Notes: generated from the sequence alone by a model not told the origin. A stretch of DNA of 26,294 nucleotides from Methanothrix sp. (GCA_040770465.1 JAXGJB010000038.1:1-26294), one strand, 5' to 3'; positions 16,850 through 25,778 are shown, numbered from the stretch's first letter. Numbers and translations are program-made.

Positions 16850-17815
16850 ATGAAAATATGGGCGGCGCTCCTGTTGATGCTGGTGGTCTCGGGCCCGGCA
16901 TGGGCGGGCACAAACCCGGACGGATATTACGTGAAGAACGAGCAAGTCTTCGAGCAGGACGTCGAGGGAGAGGGCTTCGTCATGGTCTACCAGAAGGTGA
17001 ATACCGAGGACCTACAGCTCAAAAACTACCTGCACGGCAGCGGCACCATGGACGCGGCGTTCCTGATTTACTCGAATCAATCTAGCGTAAGCGGGGACGT
17101 CGTAGATCGAAACACACTTGAAGACGGATATCCAACCAAAGATGGATGCTGTCACAGTTGTGACGTTGATAGTGGTCATGCAGAGAACATATCACTTTTA
17201 GAGCAGAACGAAATGGTCTATTCTCCTGTGGCCATGGTCTACGGCACGGGATTCTACGCTAAGAACCCTATAGTCTACAACTCAAAGCTGAAGGAAAGGA
17301 CCGAGGGCAAGAACTACGATGGCTCGTGCTATGGAGAGGCTGTCTCGATGGTCCACCAGATTGAATACGCTTCGGCGTTCAACAAGGACATAGGTGTTAC
17401 ACTCAAGAACATCGACAAATGGCCACCGAAGGGCTATTACAGCTTCGACACCACGAAAGGCTCCAGCCTCACCAAAATGAAGATCGAGGAGGAGGTCACT
17501 GAAGGGACGGTGCACATCGGCCAGCTCATGACAAAAGACGGGACGAATTGCAAATCAAACGATGCTTGGAAGAACCCCCTCATCGAGATCGATGAGAACT
17601 ACATCGGCACCTTCAAGATCACCAAGAACATGGAGATCTGCACCAGCTGCTCTGGAAATAAACCGAGGAATGACTGGCTCTCCTGCTGCATAGGCGGCTA
17701 TGGAAACATGGAAGACTACGACAAGCGCTGGGGCGAGGAAGAGATCTTCGACTGCACCTGTCGCGACGTCGCCTGGGGCGACTCCTGGAACGACACCTCC
17801 AAGGCTCAGTATTGA
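16850..17815 (+). CDS. Secreted Cys-rich hypothetical protein (candidate cell-envelope protein)
   Basis: Signal peptide MKIWAALLLMLVVSGPAWA after GAGGTG; 11 Cys including C-terminal DWLSCCIGG...IFDCTC; mostly host-like codon use. Confidence 0.8.
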   Translation: MKIWAALLLMLVVSGPAWAGTNPDGYYVKNEQVFEQDVEGEGFVMVYQKVNTEDLQLKNYLHGSGTMDAAFLIYSNQSSVSGDVVDRNTLEDGYPTKDGCCHSCDVDSGHAENISLLEQNEMVYSPVAMVYGTGFYAKNPIVYNSKLKERTEGKNYDGSCYGEAVSMVHQIEYASAFNKDIGVTLKNIDKWPPKGYYSFDTTKGSSLTKMKIEEEVTEGTVHIGQLMTKDGTNCKSNDAWKNPLIEIDENYIGTFKITKNMEICTSCSGNKPRNDWLSCCIGGYGNMEDYDKRWGEEEIFDCTCRDVAWGDSWNDTSKAQY

Positions 17816-17855
17816 GAGGAACTGTTGATGAAAAACATCACGATGGTATACGAGA

Positions 17856-17902
17856 GGCGCTTGCCGCCATAAGGCCAAGCGCCGCTCCCTCCAACTTTTT
17901 TA
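17856..17902 (+). terminator. Hairpin plus T-tract terminator
   Basis: GGCGCTTG...GCC-ATAA-GGC-CAAGCGCC followed by CTTTTTT. Confidence 0.6.
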
Positions 17903-17941
17903 GCTCGGAATTTTCAGATCATTTAAACTCGGAATTTCATT

Positions 17942-18775
17942 TCATCCGACGGGCAGAAATCCGATCTCCTCCACCATGGACTGGCCCTCTTCGCCCAGGA
18001 GGAAGTTTATGAAAGCCTGCTCCCCCTCGTCGGGCTCGTCCCAGGTTATGACGTAGAGGGGACGGCTGAGAGGATAGGCCTCGCTTCTTATGCTCTCGAC
18101 GGTGGGGACGACTCCCTCGTAGGCTATGGGCCGGAGGTCCCCGTCCTGGACGTAGTTGAAGCCGAGATAGCCGATAGCCTTATCGCTCTTGGTTACGGCG
18201 GTCTTCACCTCGGCGTTGTTCTGGGCGTATGTGTCGGCGCCGAGGGTCTCGGTCTGGAGGTCGCCCATCACCATCTCGTTGAAGATATCGCCTGTTCCCG
18301 AGCCCACCATCCTCGCCACGACGTAGATCTCCTCGTCGGGACCTCCAAGCTCCCTCCAGTTGGTCAGGTTCCCGTCATATATCGCCCGGAGCTGGCCACG
18401 ACTGACGTTGGTGACCCCCGAATCGTAGACCGGCAGGCTGACGGCGATGCAGATGGCGTCGTAGCCTATCAGCTGCTCGGTGAAGTTGTCGCCGTAAAGG
18501 TCGATCTCGTCGGCCCTGACCTTCCGGGACGACATCCCAATGTCGGAGAAGCCGCTGGCCACGTTCTTTATCCCCACCCCGGAACCTCCGACGCCGCTGA
18601 CCGTCACCACGACATCATCCTGGATCAAGTTGAACTTCTCGGCACAGGTCTCCACCAGGGGCATAACCGTCGTCGATCCCGTGACGGTCACGGTGTCCAG
18701 GCCGTTTGAAGCCCAGGAGGTCCCGACCGGGGCGAAGAGTCCCGCAATCGTGCAGATCAGCATCAAAGAGGGCAA
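17942..18775 (-). CDS. pstS: Phosphate ABC transporter substrate-binding protein (PstS family), stand-alone
   Basis: TGSTTVMP, GGSGVGI, IGMSSR, SGT, AIGY and YPLSRPLY motifs; signal peptide. Start uncertain (TTG 18775, ATG 18763 or CTG 18787). Confidence 0.88.
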   Translation of the reverse strand: MPSLMLICTIAGLFAPVGTSWASNGLDTVTVTGSTTVMPLVETCAEKFNLIQDDVVVTVSGVGGSGVGIKNVASGFSDIGMSSRKVRADEIDLYGDNFTEQLIGYDAICIAVSLPVYDSGVTNVSRGQLRAIYDGNLTNWRELGGPDEEIYVVARMVGSGTGDIFNEMVMGDLQTETLGADTYAQNNAEVKTAVTKSDKAIGYLGFNYVQDGDLRPIAYEGVVPTVESIRSEAYPLSRPLYVITWDEPDEGEQAFINFLLGEEGQSMVEEIGFLPVG

Positions 18776-18958
18776 TTTGGTCGTCAGATCACTCCCCGAA
18801 GTAGAATTACTCGTACTATATGATATTTGTTGTGATAACGGCCCCAGGATCTCCTTCAACGCCCCTGCCGGGTGATTGGGGATAAAGAAGGCGGTATTTG
18901 GAAAGGCGTCGCCAGTCCAGTGGCGCATGGCCGATAACGGCCGTTTCGGCCCGGAATA

Positions 18959-20032
18959 TCACCTGACCCGACCGTAGAGGGTCGTCCTCTCGACCGGGAC
19001 CCTCCCGTTCCTCTCGATCAGGTCGCATAGCTGGTCAGGGGTCATCCCCTCAGCCTCGAAGGCTCCGGCGGTCCGGGATATGTTCTCCTCCATGAGGGTT
19101 CCACCGAGGTCGTTTGTCCCCCAGAGGACGGTCCGGCCGGCAAGCTCCCTTCCGAGCTTCACCCAGGACGCCTGGATGTTTGTGATGAGGGGGTGGAGGG
19201 CGACTCTGGCCAGGGCGTGCATCTTCAGGTTCTCGAGGTTCCCCATCCTCCGGGACCGGGGTCCCAGGTCGTTGTTCCCGGGCATGAAGGGGAGGAGGAC
19301 GAACTCGGTAAACCCGCCGGTCTCGGCCTGGATCTCTCGGAGGAAGAGAAGGTGGCGGATCCGATCTTCCAGCCTCTCGACGTGGCCGTAGAGCATGGTG
19401 GAGGTGGTGGGAACCCCGAGGCTGTGGGCCGTGGTGACCACATCCCGCCACTGGTCCGCCGTCAGCTTGGATGGACAGATCTCCCGCCTCACCCGGTCCA
19501 CCAGGATCTCGGCCGCGGTCCCCGGCATCGATCCAAGGCCCGCCCGTTTCAGCTCCCTTATGGAGTCCTCGGGGCAGACGCCGGAGTTCTCAGACATGTA
19601 AAATACCTCCATGGGAGAGTAGGCGTGAAGGTGCATCCTCGGGTAGTTCTCCCTCACCGCCTCCAGGATCCGGCAGTAGTCCTCCAGGACCAGCCCCGGG
19701 GCAAGCCCCCCCTGAATGCAGATCTCGGTGGCGGAAACCCTCTCTGCAGCCTCCACCCGTTCCAGGATCTCCTCTTCGGATAGGAAGTAGCCGTCATGCC
19801 GCCTGAAGGCGCAGAAGCTGCAGTTTCCGACGCACCGGTTGGTGAAGTTGACGTTTCTGTTGATGACGAAGGAGACCTCATCCCCAGAGCACTCTTCCCG
19901 ATAGAGGTTTGCAAGCCTGAAAAGCCGGAGCGGCTCGTTGTAGAGGGATAATAGACTGGGACCATCGATCCAGCCGTCCCGCTGGAGGTGAGAATCCTCT
20001 GAAGCCGGAAATTCCCGACCCTCAGACAACAT
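18959..20032 (-). CDS. cofH: FO synthase subunit 2 (F420 biosynthesis)
   Basis: NRNVNFTNRCVGNCSFCAF, EICIQGG, HAYSPME, SMPGTAAEIL, NIQASWVKLG and NDLGGTLMEENISR; TGATG overlap with the upstream gene. Confidence 0.93.
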   Translation of the reverse strand: MLSEGREFPASEDSHLQRDGWIDGPSLLSLYNEPLRLFRLANLYREECSGDEVSFVINRNVNFTNRCVGNCSFCAFRRHDGYFLSEEEILERVEAAERVSATEICIQGGLAPGLVLEDYCRILEAVRENYPRMHLHAYSPMEVFYMSENSGVCPEDSIRELKRAGLGSMPGTAAEILVDRVRREICPSKLTADQWRDVVTTAHSLGVPTTSTMLYGHVERLEDRIRHLLFLREIQAETGGFTEFVLLPFMPGNNDLGPRSRRMGNLENLKMHALARVALHPLITNIQASWVKLGRELAGRTVLWGTNDLGGTLMEENISRTAGAFEAEGMTPDQLCDLIERNGRVPVERTTLYGRVR

Positions 20033-20463
20033 CACCGACAGCCACCCCCAGATGAGCCGTTACAAGCTCCATCGTTTCCTATCCTCCGCTCCTTTGGAAT
20101 CTGCGAGATTAGCTCTCCATCCAGATATTGACCGCAGCCGATAACGTCGCCACGGTGAGTTACCACCACATAACCGTCCTCAACCTGGGCAGGAAGCCTC
20201 TGCCCTTCCCCGGCGACGAACTTCTCCGCCCGGTCGGAGCTGAGATCGACGACGTTTTTCGTTGCGTAGCGTCCGAAGAGCTGGAGGGCGGTGGTGGTGG
20301 GTTTGGGGACCCGGCCCCGGACAGACATGAACCGGAGCCCCACCGACTCGCAACCGAGGTCCGGGATCTCGGGGAGGCTGAAGGCCCAGACGTTCCGACC
20401 CCTCCTGTAGAAGCTGACGGATTCGAATGCTTCAGGTGCGATCCCGAACCTGGACTGCATCAT
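20032..20463 (-). CDS. Stand-alone PUA-like RNA-binding protein (RsmF/NIP7 C-terminal type)
   Basis: GLRF...KPTT.ALQLFG..ATKNVVDL...GYVVV...IGCG.Y....L.SQIPK pattern; ATG 6 nt after GAGGTG. Confidence 0.78.
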   Translation of the reverse strand: MMQSRFGIAPEAFESVSFYRRGRNVWAFSLPEIPDLGCESVGLRFMSVRGRVPKPTTTALQLFGRYATKNVVDLSSDRAEKFVAGEGQRLPAQVEDGYVVVTHRGDVIGCGQYLDGELISQIPKERRIGNDGACNGSSGGGCR

Positions 20464-20503
20464 CCCCGCCACCTCGGCCCGATCAAGCGGCTGGAAGGGG
20501 GAC

Positions 20504-21400
20504 TTATTCTTTAATGAGCTTTGCGACAAAGAATCCTCCCGCGTCGTTCTGGTGGGGGTAGTACCTGACGCATCTCTCCATCTCGTCTCCGAATCGGAAG
20601 CCGTCCCACTCCAAGAGACCCGGAGAGCCTTCAAGCCCTCCGATCGAGGCGTCTTCCAGGAAGACCCCTGGAACCTGGTCCAGGACCCAGGAGACGACCG
20701 CCTCGTTCTCCTCGGGAGCGAAGGTGCAGGTGGAGTAGACGACAGTGCCTCCCGGCTTCACCAGATCCGTCGCCCTTTTGAGGAGGGCGCGCTGGAGGCG
20801 CTGAAGGCCGAGGGAGCGCTTAAGGCTCCACCGGTCCAGGACTCTGATGTCCTTTCTTGCCATCCCCTGGCCGGTGCAGGGGGCGTCGACGAGGACCCGG
20901 TCGAACTCTCTCGCGGGAAACCGGCGGCCGTCGTACCTCGTCACCACCACGTTTATGGCCCCCGCCCTCTCGCAGTTGGACCTGAGGGAGGCGACCCTGG
21001 TATTGGCGGGATCGTTTGCCACGAGCAGCCCCCGGTTCTCCATCATCATGGCGATCTGGGTGGTCTTGCTGCCGGGAGCAGCGCAGAGGTCGAGGACCCT
21101 CTCCCCTGGTCTCGGGTCAAGGACGATCGGAGACGCCATAGATATCTCCTCCTGGACGTGGATGTGGCCCATCAGGTTCTCGATCAGGTTTCCGGGCTTC
21201 TCTACATCGAGCTTCAAGCCGAAGGGATACCAGGTGAAGGGACGATGGGGGACCTTTGCCACCCTCAGGCGAAAGAGGAGACGATCCCGGTCGGTCTTGA
21301 GGGTGTTTATCCTCGCGGTGACGGGAAGGGGGCGGACGATCGCCTCCATCATCCCATCGAAATCCGCGACCACGTCCCGGTACCTCTCAAGACCTTTCAT
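20504..21400 (-). CDS. NOL1/NOP2/Sun-family RNA m5C methyltransferase
   Basis: LDLCAAPGSKTTQ, VLVDAPCTG, VYSTCTFAPEENE and YPHQNDAGGFFVA; start at ATG 21400 (MKGLERY). Confidence 0.93.
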   Translation of the reverse strand: MKGLERYRDVVADFDGMMEAIVRPLPVTARINTLKTDRDRLLFRLRVAKVPHRPFTWYPFGLKLDVEKPGNLIENLMGHIHVQEEISMASPIVLDPRPGERVLDLCAAPGSKTTQIAMMMENRGLLVANDPANTRVASLRSNCERAGAINVVVTRYDGRRFPAREFDRVLVDAPCTGQGMARKDIRVLDRWSLKRSLGLQRLQRALLKRATDLVKPGGTVVYSTCTFAPEENEAVVSWVLDQVPGVFLEDASIGGLEGSPGLLEWDGFRFGDEMERCVRYYPHQNDAGGFFVAKLIKE

Positions 21401-21709
21401 GCGCCGCGAGTTTGCGTTTATAGAATATATTCTCAGCCGTCCACCGGGGCAGATAAGCCAGGGCCGCCAGCCCTTCGACCCTTTTGCCCTTGAGGAGAAC
21501 GCGTTCCATGAGGGACAAGCTCTCAGCTCTGGGCCATAAGCTTCGGCCTTACAGACACTTCGCATTGAGTTTTACATCCTAATTGATTCCGACCGTTTTT
21601 ATTCAAAGTGCATTGCCCCACCTGTGAGCACAAAGATTTAATAGTCGTAACGATCTGTGAGCAATGCGGCAAACTGTTTCGCGGTTTTTCGCTAAGGACG
21701 GTGAAGTGT

Positions 21710-21940
21710 TTGTACGGTAATGATAGAGGTTCTTTCCGAGGCGAGAGCTTCGCACCCTCAGCGCCCGTTGAGGCCGGAAAGGAGTATGACGTTGAGATTG
21801 AGGACGTCGCAAAGAAGGGCGATGGGATCGCAAGGATCGAGGGCTTCGTAATATTCGTCCCCGACACCAAGGTCGGCGACCAGGTGAAAGTCGTCATCGA
21901 CCGGGTCATGCAGAGGTTCGCCATCGGCCACAAGGCCTGA
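21710..21940 (+). CDS. Single-TRAM-domain RNA chaperone, copy 1 (76 aa)
   Basis: APVEAGKEYDVEIEDVAKKGDGIARIEGFVIFVPDTKVGDQV; TTG after GGTGA. A possible longer form starts at 21608. Confidence 0.92.
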   Translation: MYGNDRGSFRGESFAPSAPVEAGKEYDVEIEDVAKKGDGIARIEGFVIFVPDTKVGDQVKVVIDRVMQRFAIGHKA

Positions 21941-21982
21941 ACTTCAGGACCATTCTCCATTTTAATAAGGACGGTGAAGTTT

Positions 21983-22213
21983 TTGTTCAGAAGTGATAGA
22001 GGATCTTTCCGTGACGACAGCTTTGAGTCCACAGCTCCTGTCGAGGTCGGGAAGGAGTATGACGTCGAGATTGAAGACATCGCAAAACAGGGCGACGGGA
22101 TCGCAAGGGTCGAGGGCTTCGTAATATTCGTCCCCGAGACGAAGGTCGGAGACCACGTCACGGTCGCCGTTGACCGAGTTATGCGAAGGTTTGCCATCGG
22201 CCACAAGGTCTGA
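21983..22213 (+). CDS. Single-TRAM-domain RNA chaperone, copy 2 (76 aa)
   Basis: APVEVGKEYDVEIEDIAKQGDGIARVEGFVIFVPETKVGD; TTG after GGTGA. Confidence 0.92.
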   Translation: MFRSDRGSFRDDSFESTAPVEVGKEYDVEIEDIAKQGDGIARVEGFVIFVPETKVGDHVTVAVDRVMRRFAIGHKV

Positions 22214-22247
22214 AGGCGAGCGCGACTGCGACGTCATAAACGAAGAT

Positions 22248-22281
22248 TCAGCCCATAAGGGCTGACAACCCATTTATTTTT
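22248..22281 (+). terminator. Hairpin plus T-tract terminator after the TRAM pair
   Basis: TCAGCCC-ATAA-GGGCTGA followed by TTTATTTTT. Confidence 0.6.
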
Positions 22282-22287
22282 CAGATT

Positions 22288-23421
22288 TCAGACGTATCGC
22301 TTCAAAACGTCTTCCAGATCCGAAAGGAAGAGGTCCACGTTCTCGATGGTCGAATGAGGCATGAGGATCAGCCTCAAAGCCTTCGGGCTTCTGGTGGTCG
22401 AGACCCTCCACCGGCGTTCGAGAAGGTCTGCCCTCACCTCCTCGGGATTATCCATCCTGAGGGTGACCACGTTCATCACCGGCTCGATGACGGGCTCAAC
22501 TCCGATCTCTCTCGCCCCCGCCACCATCCGCCGCGATAGGTCCATGCACCGGTCGACGACCGCTTCGAATCCCTTCCTGCCGAGATGGTTCATCACCGCC
22601 CAGATGGCGGCCGCGGCGGCGCCGCTCCTCGTCCCCGTCAGGGCCTTGGGCCTTGCCACCGTCAGGTACGGCGCGTAGGCTGCAAGCCTCTCCAGGTCCT
22701 CGGGATGTCTGAAGAGGAGGCCGCCCCCGGGGATCGTCGCCATCCCCATCTTGTGGGGGTCGATGGTGATGGATGTGACGCCTTCGACCGAAAAGTCCCA
22801 TCTCCAGTCTCCTTTCAAGAAGGGGAGGACGAAGCCTCCGAAGGCGGCGTCGACGTGAAGGTGTATGCCCTCGTCGAGGGCGAGCTTCGCGAGGCTGTCG
22901 ATGGGGTCGACCTGGCCGAACTCCGTCGTCCCCGCGATCCCCACCAAAGATACCGTCTTATCGTCGATGAGGTCCTCAACGGAGCCGACGTCCACCTTCA
23001 GGTCGTCGTCGAGGTCGGCCTTCCTGATCTCAAGGCAGAGGAGGTCGCCGATCTTGTCGAAGGAGAAGTGGGCGGACCGGGGAACGACGATGTTTCCGTC
23101 GGAGAAGTCGTGGGCGTTTCTTGCCGCCCGGATCGCCTGGATGTTCGACTCGGTCCCCCCCGTCGACAGGTAGCCAACGGCCTCGGGGTGGCCGAGAAGC
23201 TCCGCCATCATCCGCACTGCCTCTTGCTCCAGCTCGGCGGAGCCGGGAAAGAGCCCCGGATCGCCGAGGTTCGTCTCCTGAAACAGCTGATGCGCCTTCA
23301 GGGCTATCGGGTGGGGCGGAGTGCACATGGAGGAGAAGATCCGATCATAGCTCAGATCCTTCGCCCTCATCTCCTGGAGATCCCTCATGACCTCCTCTTC
23401 GGAAAGGCCCAGTTCTCTCAA
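22288..23421 (-). CDS. mfnA: L-tyrosine/L-aspartate decarboxylase (PLP group II)
   Basis: SSMCT.PH, NLGDPGLFPG, GGTESN, HVDAAFGG and TIDPHKMG; TTG after GAGG. Confidence 0.93.
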   Translation of the reverse strand: MRELGLSEEEVMRDLQEMRAKDLSYDRIFSSMCTPPHPIALKAHQLFQETNLGDPGLFPGSAELEQEAVRMMAELLGHPEAVGYLSTGGTESNIQAIRAARNAHDFSDGNIVVPRSAHFSFDKIGDLLCLEIRKADLDDDLKVDVGSVEDLIDDKTVSLVGIAGTTEFGQVDPIDSLAKLALDEGIHLHVDAAFGGFVLPFLKGDWRWDFSVEGVTSITIDPHKMGMATIPGGGLLFRHPEDLERLAAYAPYLTVARPKALTGTRSGAAAAAIWAVMNHLGRKGFEAVVDRCMDLSRRMVAGAREIGVEPVIEPVMNVVTLRMDNPEEVRADLLERRWRVSTTRSPKALRLILMPHSTIENVDLFLSDLEDVLKRYV

Positions 23422-23510
23422 ATCTCAAACCTCTCTCGCCTTATCTCAATCCAAAGGAGCCTCGAACGTCTGCTTGTCAGATCCGTCTCTCAATACTGCC
23501 TTGCCGAGGG

Positions 23511-25778
23511 TCACTCCTCTCGAAGCGCCCTCAGCATTATGATCTTCTCGGCCCGGGCCACAGTCTCCCTGACGGTGGCGACGGCGTCGATGTTGGCGGA
23601 GATGCTGGTGATCCCGATCTCGACTAGCCTCTTTGCCATCTCGGGATACGACCCGGCCTGGCCGCAGATGGAGGTGGTGACGCCGGCCTTGTTGCACCGC
23701 TCGACGACGAACTCGATGAGGGTCAGGACCGCCGGGTGAAGCTCAGAGTAGAGGTCGGCGACGTTCTCGTTGTTCCTGTCGACGGCGAGGGTGTACTGGG
23801 TGAGGTCGTTGGTGCCGAAGGAGATGAAGTCGATCCCGTCATCGATGAAATCCTCTATGGTGAGGGCGGCTCCTGGGGTCTCGACCATGATTCCTACGTC
23901 GATCTTCTCCAGGTTCAATCCCTCCTCGACCATGAGGGCCTTTGCCCGTCGGAACTCGCTGACGTGCTGGACGAGGGGGAGCATGATCCCGACGTTGGTA
24001 AGGCCCATCTCGTGGAGCTTCTTGAAGGCCCTCATCTCCAGCCGGAAGTGGTCGGTCTCCGTCAGGTCCCTTCGAATCCCCCTCCAGCCTAGCATGGGGT
24101 TGTGCTCGTGGGGCTCGTTCTCGCCCCCCTCCATCCCCCGGAACTCGTCGGTGGGGGCGTCGAGGGTCCTCACCCAGACCGGCTTGGGGTAGAACGCCTC
24201 GGCGACGGTCCTGACGCCACCGACCAGCTCTTCTATGTACTCATCCTCCCTGCCGGCGTTGATGTAGTAGCGAGGGGTCTTGCCGAGCCCCAGGATCATG
24301 TGCTCGATCCGGAGGAGGCCGACGCCGTCTGCGAGGGTCGCAGCGGCCATCTCTGCCGCCTCGGGCATGCTGACGTTCACCTTGATCTCGGTCGCAGTTA
24401 TCGGCTTGGATGGAGCGGCAACGACTGACCGGGCCGGAGCTTCCTCCTTAGCCTTCTTGACTCTGCCCTCGTAGACCTTCCCTTTGCCTCCGTCGACGGT
24501 GATCAGCATCCCCTCGGAGAGGGTCTTCGTCCCCTGCTTGGTCCCGACTACCGCAGGGCAGCCGAGCTCTCTGCTGACGATGGCGGCGTGGCAGGTCATG
24601 CCCCCCTCGTCGGTGACGATGGCGCCTGCCCTCTTCATGGCCGGGACCATGTCAGGGGTGGTCATCACCGTAACCATGATGTCGCCCTCGGTGATCTTGG
24701 CGAGGTTCTCGGGACCCGTGACTATCTTAACAGCGCCGGTGGCGACGCCCGGGGATGCGCCAAGCCCCGTGAGGAGGACTTTGCCGCCCTCTTTCGACTC
24801 GGAGGCTCCGGCCCCTGACTTGTTGATTGTGGTGACGGGCCTTGACTGGAGGATGTACATCTTGCCCTTCTCGAAGGCCCACTCGATGTCCTGGGGGATG
24901 CCGTAGTGCTTCTCCAGAACCTCGGCCTGAGCTGCGAGCTTGAGGATCTCCTCGTCGGATAAGACGAGCTTCTCTTTCATCTTGGCGGGGACCTTCTTTG
25001 TGACCGTCTCTCCGGTCTTCGGGTCCCTGACGATCATGATCTCCTTTGCGGCGATGAACTTGCTATTGATCGTCTTCTGAGTCCGATCGACGACGTAGTT
25101 GTCGGGAGAGACGCTCCCGCTGACAACGGACTCGCCCAGACCCCAGGCAGCCTCGATGATAACCTCTGGCTCGCCGGTGCTGGGGTGGGAGCTGAACATC
25201 ACCCCGGACTTCTCGGAGTTGACCATCTTCTGGACGGTGACGGAGATGTTCACCTTCTCGTGTTCAAAGCCCTGCTCCACCCGATAGAATATGGCCCTGG
25301 CGCCGTAGAGGGAGGCCCAGCACTTCCGGACCGCCTCGAAGACCTGGTCCTCCCCCAACATGTTCAGGAAGGTCTCCTGCTGTCCTGCAAAGCTCGCGTC
25401 GGGGAGGTCCTCGGCGGTGGCGCTGGACCGAACGGCGACCAGGACCTCTTTTCCCTCGCGCTTGGACATCTCCCGGTACCGATCCCTGATATCCTTCTCG
25501 ATGTCTTTGGGGACCTTTGCCTCGAGGACCAGCTTCTTCGCCTTATCCGCGGCCGCGTTCAGGGCCGTGGGGTCGTTGACGTCCACCTTCAGCGCCTCGA
25601 AGATGGAGTCCGCGATTCCTGATCGGTTTATGAAATCTCGATAAGCCTGCGCGGTGACCGCAAAGCCCCCCGGCACGGGAGCGCCAACGTTTATCATCTC
25701 GCCAAGGCTTGCGCCCTTCCCCCCGACGACGGAGACGTCGTCTTTTCCGACTTCTTCCAGCCAAACAACAGCAGCCAT
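23511..25778 (-). CDS. ppsA: Phosphoenolpyruvate synthase (pyruvate, water dikinase)
   Basis: GGKGASLGEM, AVRSSATAEDLPDASFAGQQET, GGMTCHAAIVSRE, EHNPMLGWRGIR, FGTNDLTQ and SICGQA; start at ATG 25778. Confidence 0.96.
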   Translation of the reverse strand: MAAVVWLEEVGKDDVSVVGGKGASLGEMINVGAPVPGGFAVTAQAYRDFINRSGIADSIFEALKVDVNDPTALNAAADKAKKLVLEAKVPKDIEKDIRDRYREMSKREGKEVLVAVRSSATAEDLPDASFAGQQETFLNMLGEDQVFEAVRKCWASLYGARAIFYRVEQGFEHEKVNISVTVQKMVNSEKSGVMFSSHPSTGEPEVIIEAAWGLGESVVSGSVSPDNYVVDRTQKTINSKFIAAKEIMIVRDPKTGETVTKKVPAKMKEKLVLSDEEILKLAAQAEVLEKHYGIPQDIEWAFEKGKMYILQSRPVTTINKSGAGASESKEGGKVLLTGLGASPGVATGAVKIVTGPENLAKITEGDIMVTVMTTPDMVPAMKRAGAIVTDEGGMTCHAAIVSRELGCPAVVGTKQGTKTLSEGMLITVDGGKGKVYEGRVKKAKEEAPARSVVAAPSKPITATEIKVNVSMPEAAEMAAATLADGVGLLRIEHMILGLGKTPRYYINAGREDEYIEELVGGVRTVAEAFYPKPVWVRTLDAPTDEFRGMEGGENEPHEHNPMLGWRGIRRDLTETDHFRLEMRAFKKLHEMGLTNVGIMLPLVQHVSEFRRAKALMVEEGLNLEKIDVGIMVETPGAALTIEDFIDDGIDFISFGTNDLTQYTLAVDRNNENVADLYSELHPAVLTLIEFVVERCNKAGVTTSICGQAGSYPEMAKRLVEIGITSISANIDAVATVRETVARAEKIIMLRALREE

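Noticed and set aside
17140-17170. CCHSC as a cytochrome c heme site
   Set aside because: Not a CxxCH motif.
18776-18958. N-terminal extension of PstS to 18928 and the GATAACGGCC pair at about 18834 and 18933
   Set aside because: The extension precedes the signal peptide and spans the likely promoter; a single 10-bp match is compatible with chance.
21401-21565. N-terminal extension of the m5C methyltransferase given in the ORF track
   Set aside because: It crosses a TATA-like palindrome AGAATATATTCT (21422-21433) about 25 nt before ATG 21400; not homologous-looking.
22585-23739. 384-aa + strand ORF and similar long antisense ORFs throughout the window
   Set aside because: Antisense shadows of mfnA, ppsA and other well-supported genes; no motifs.
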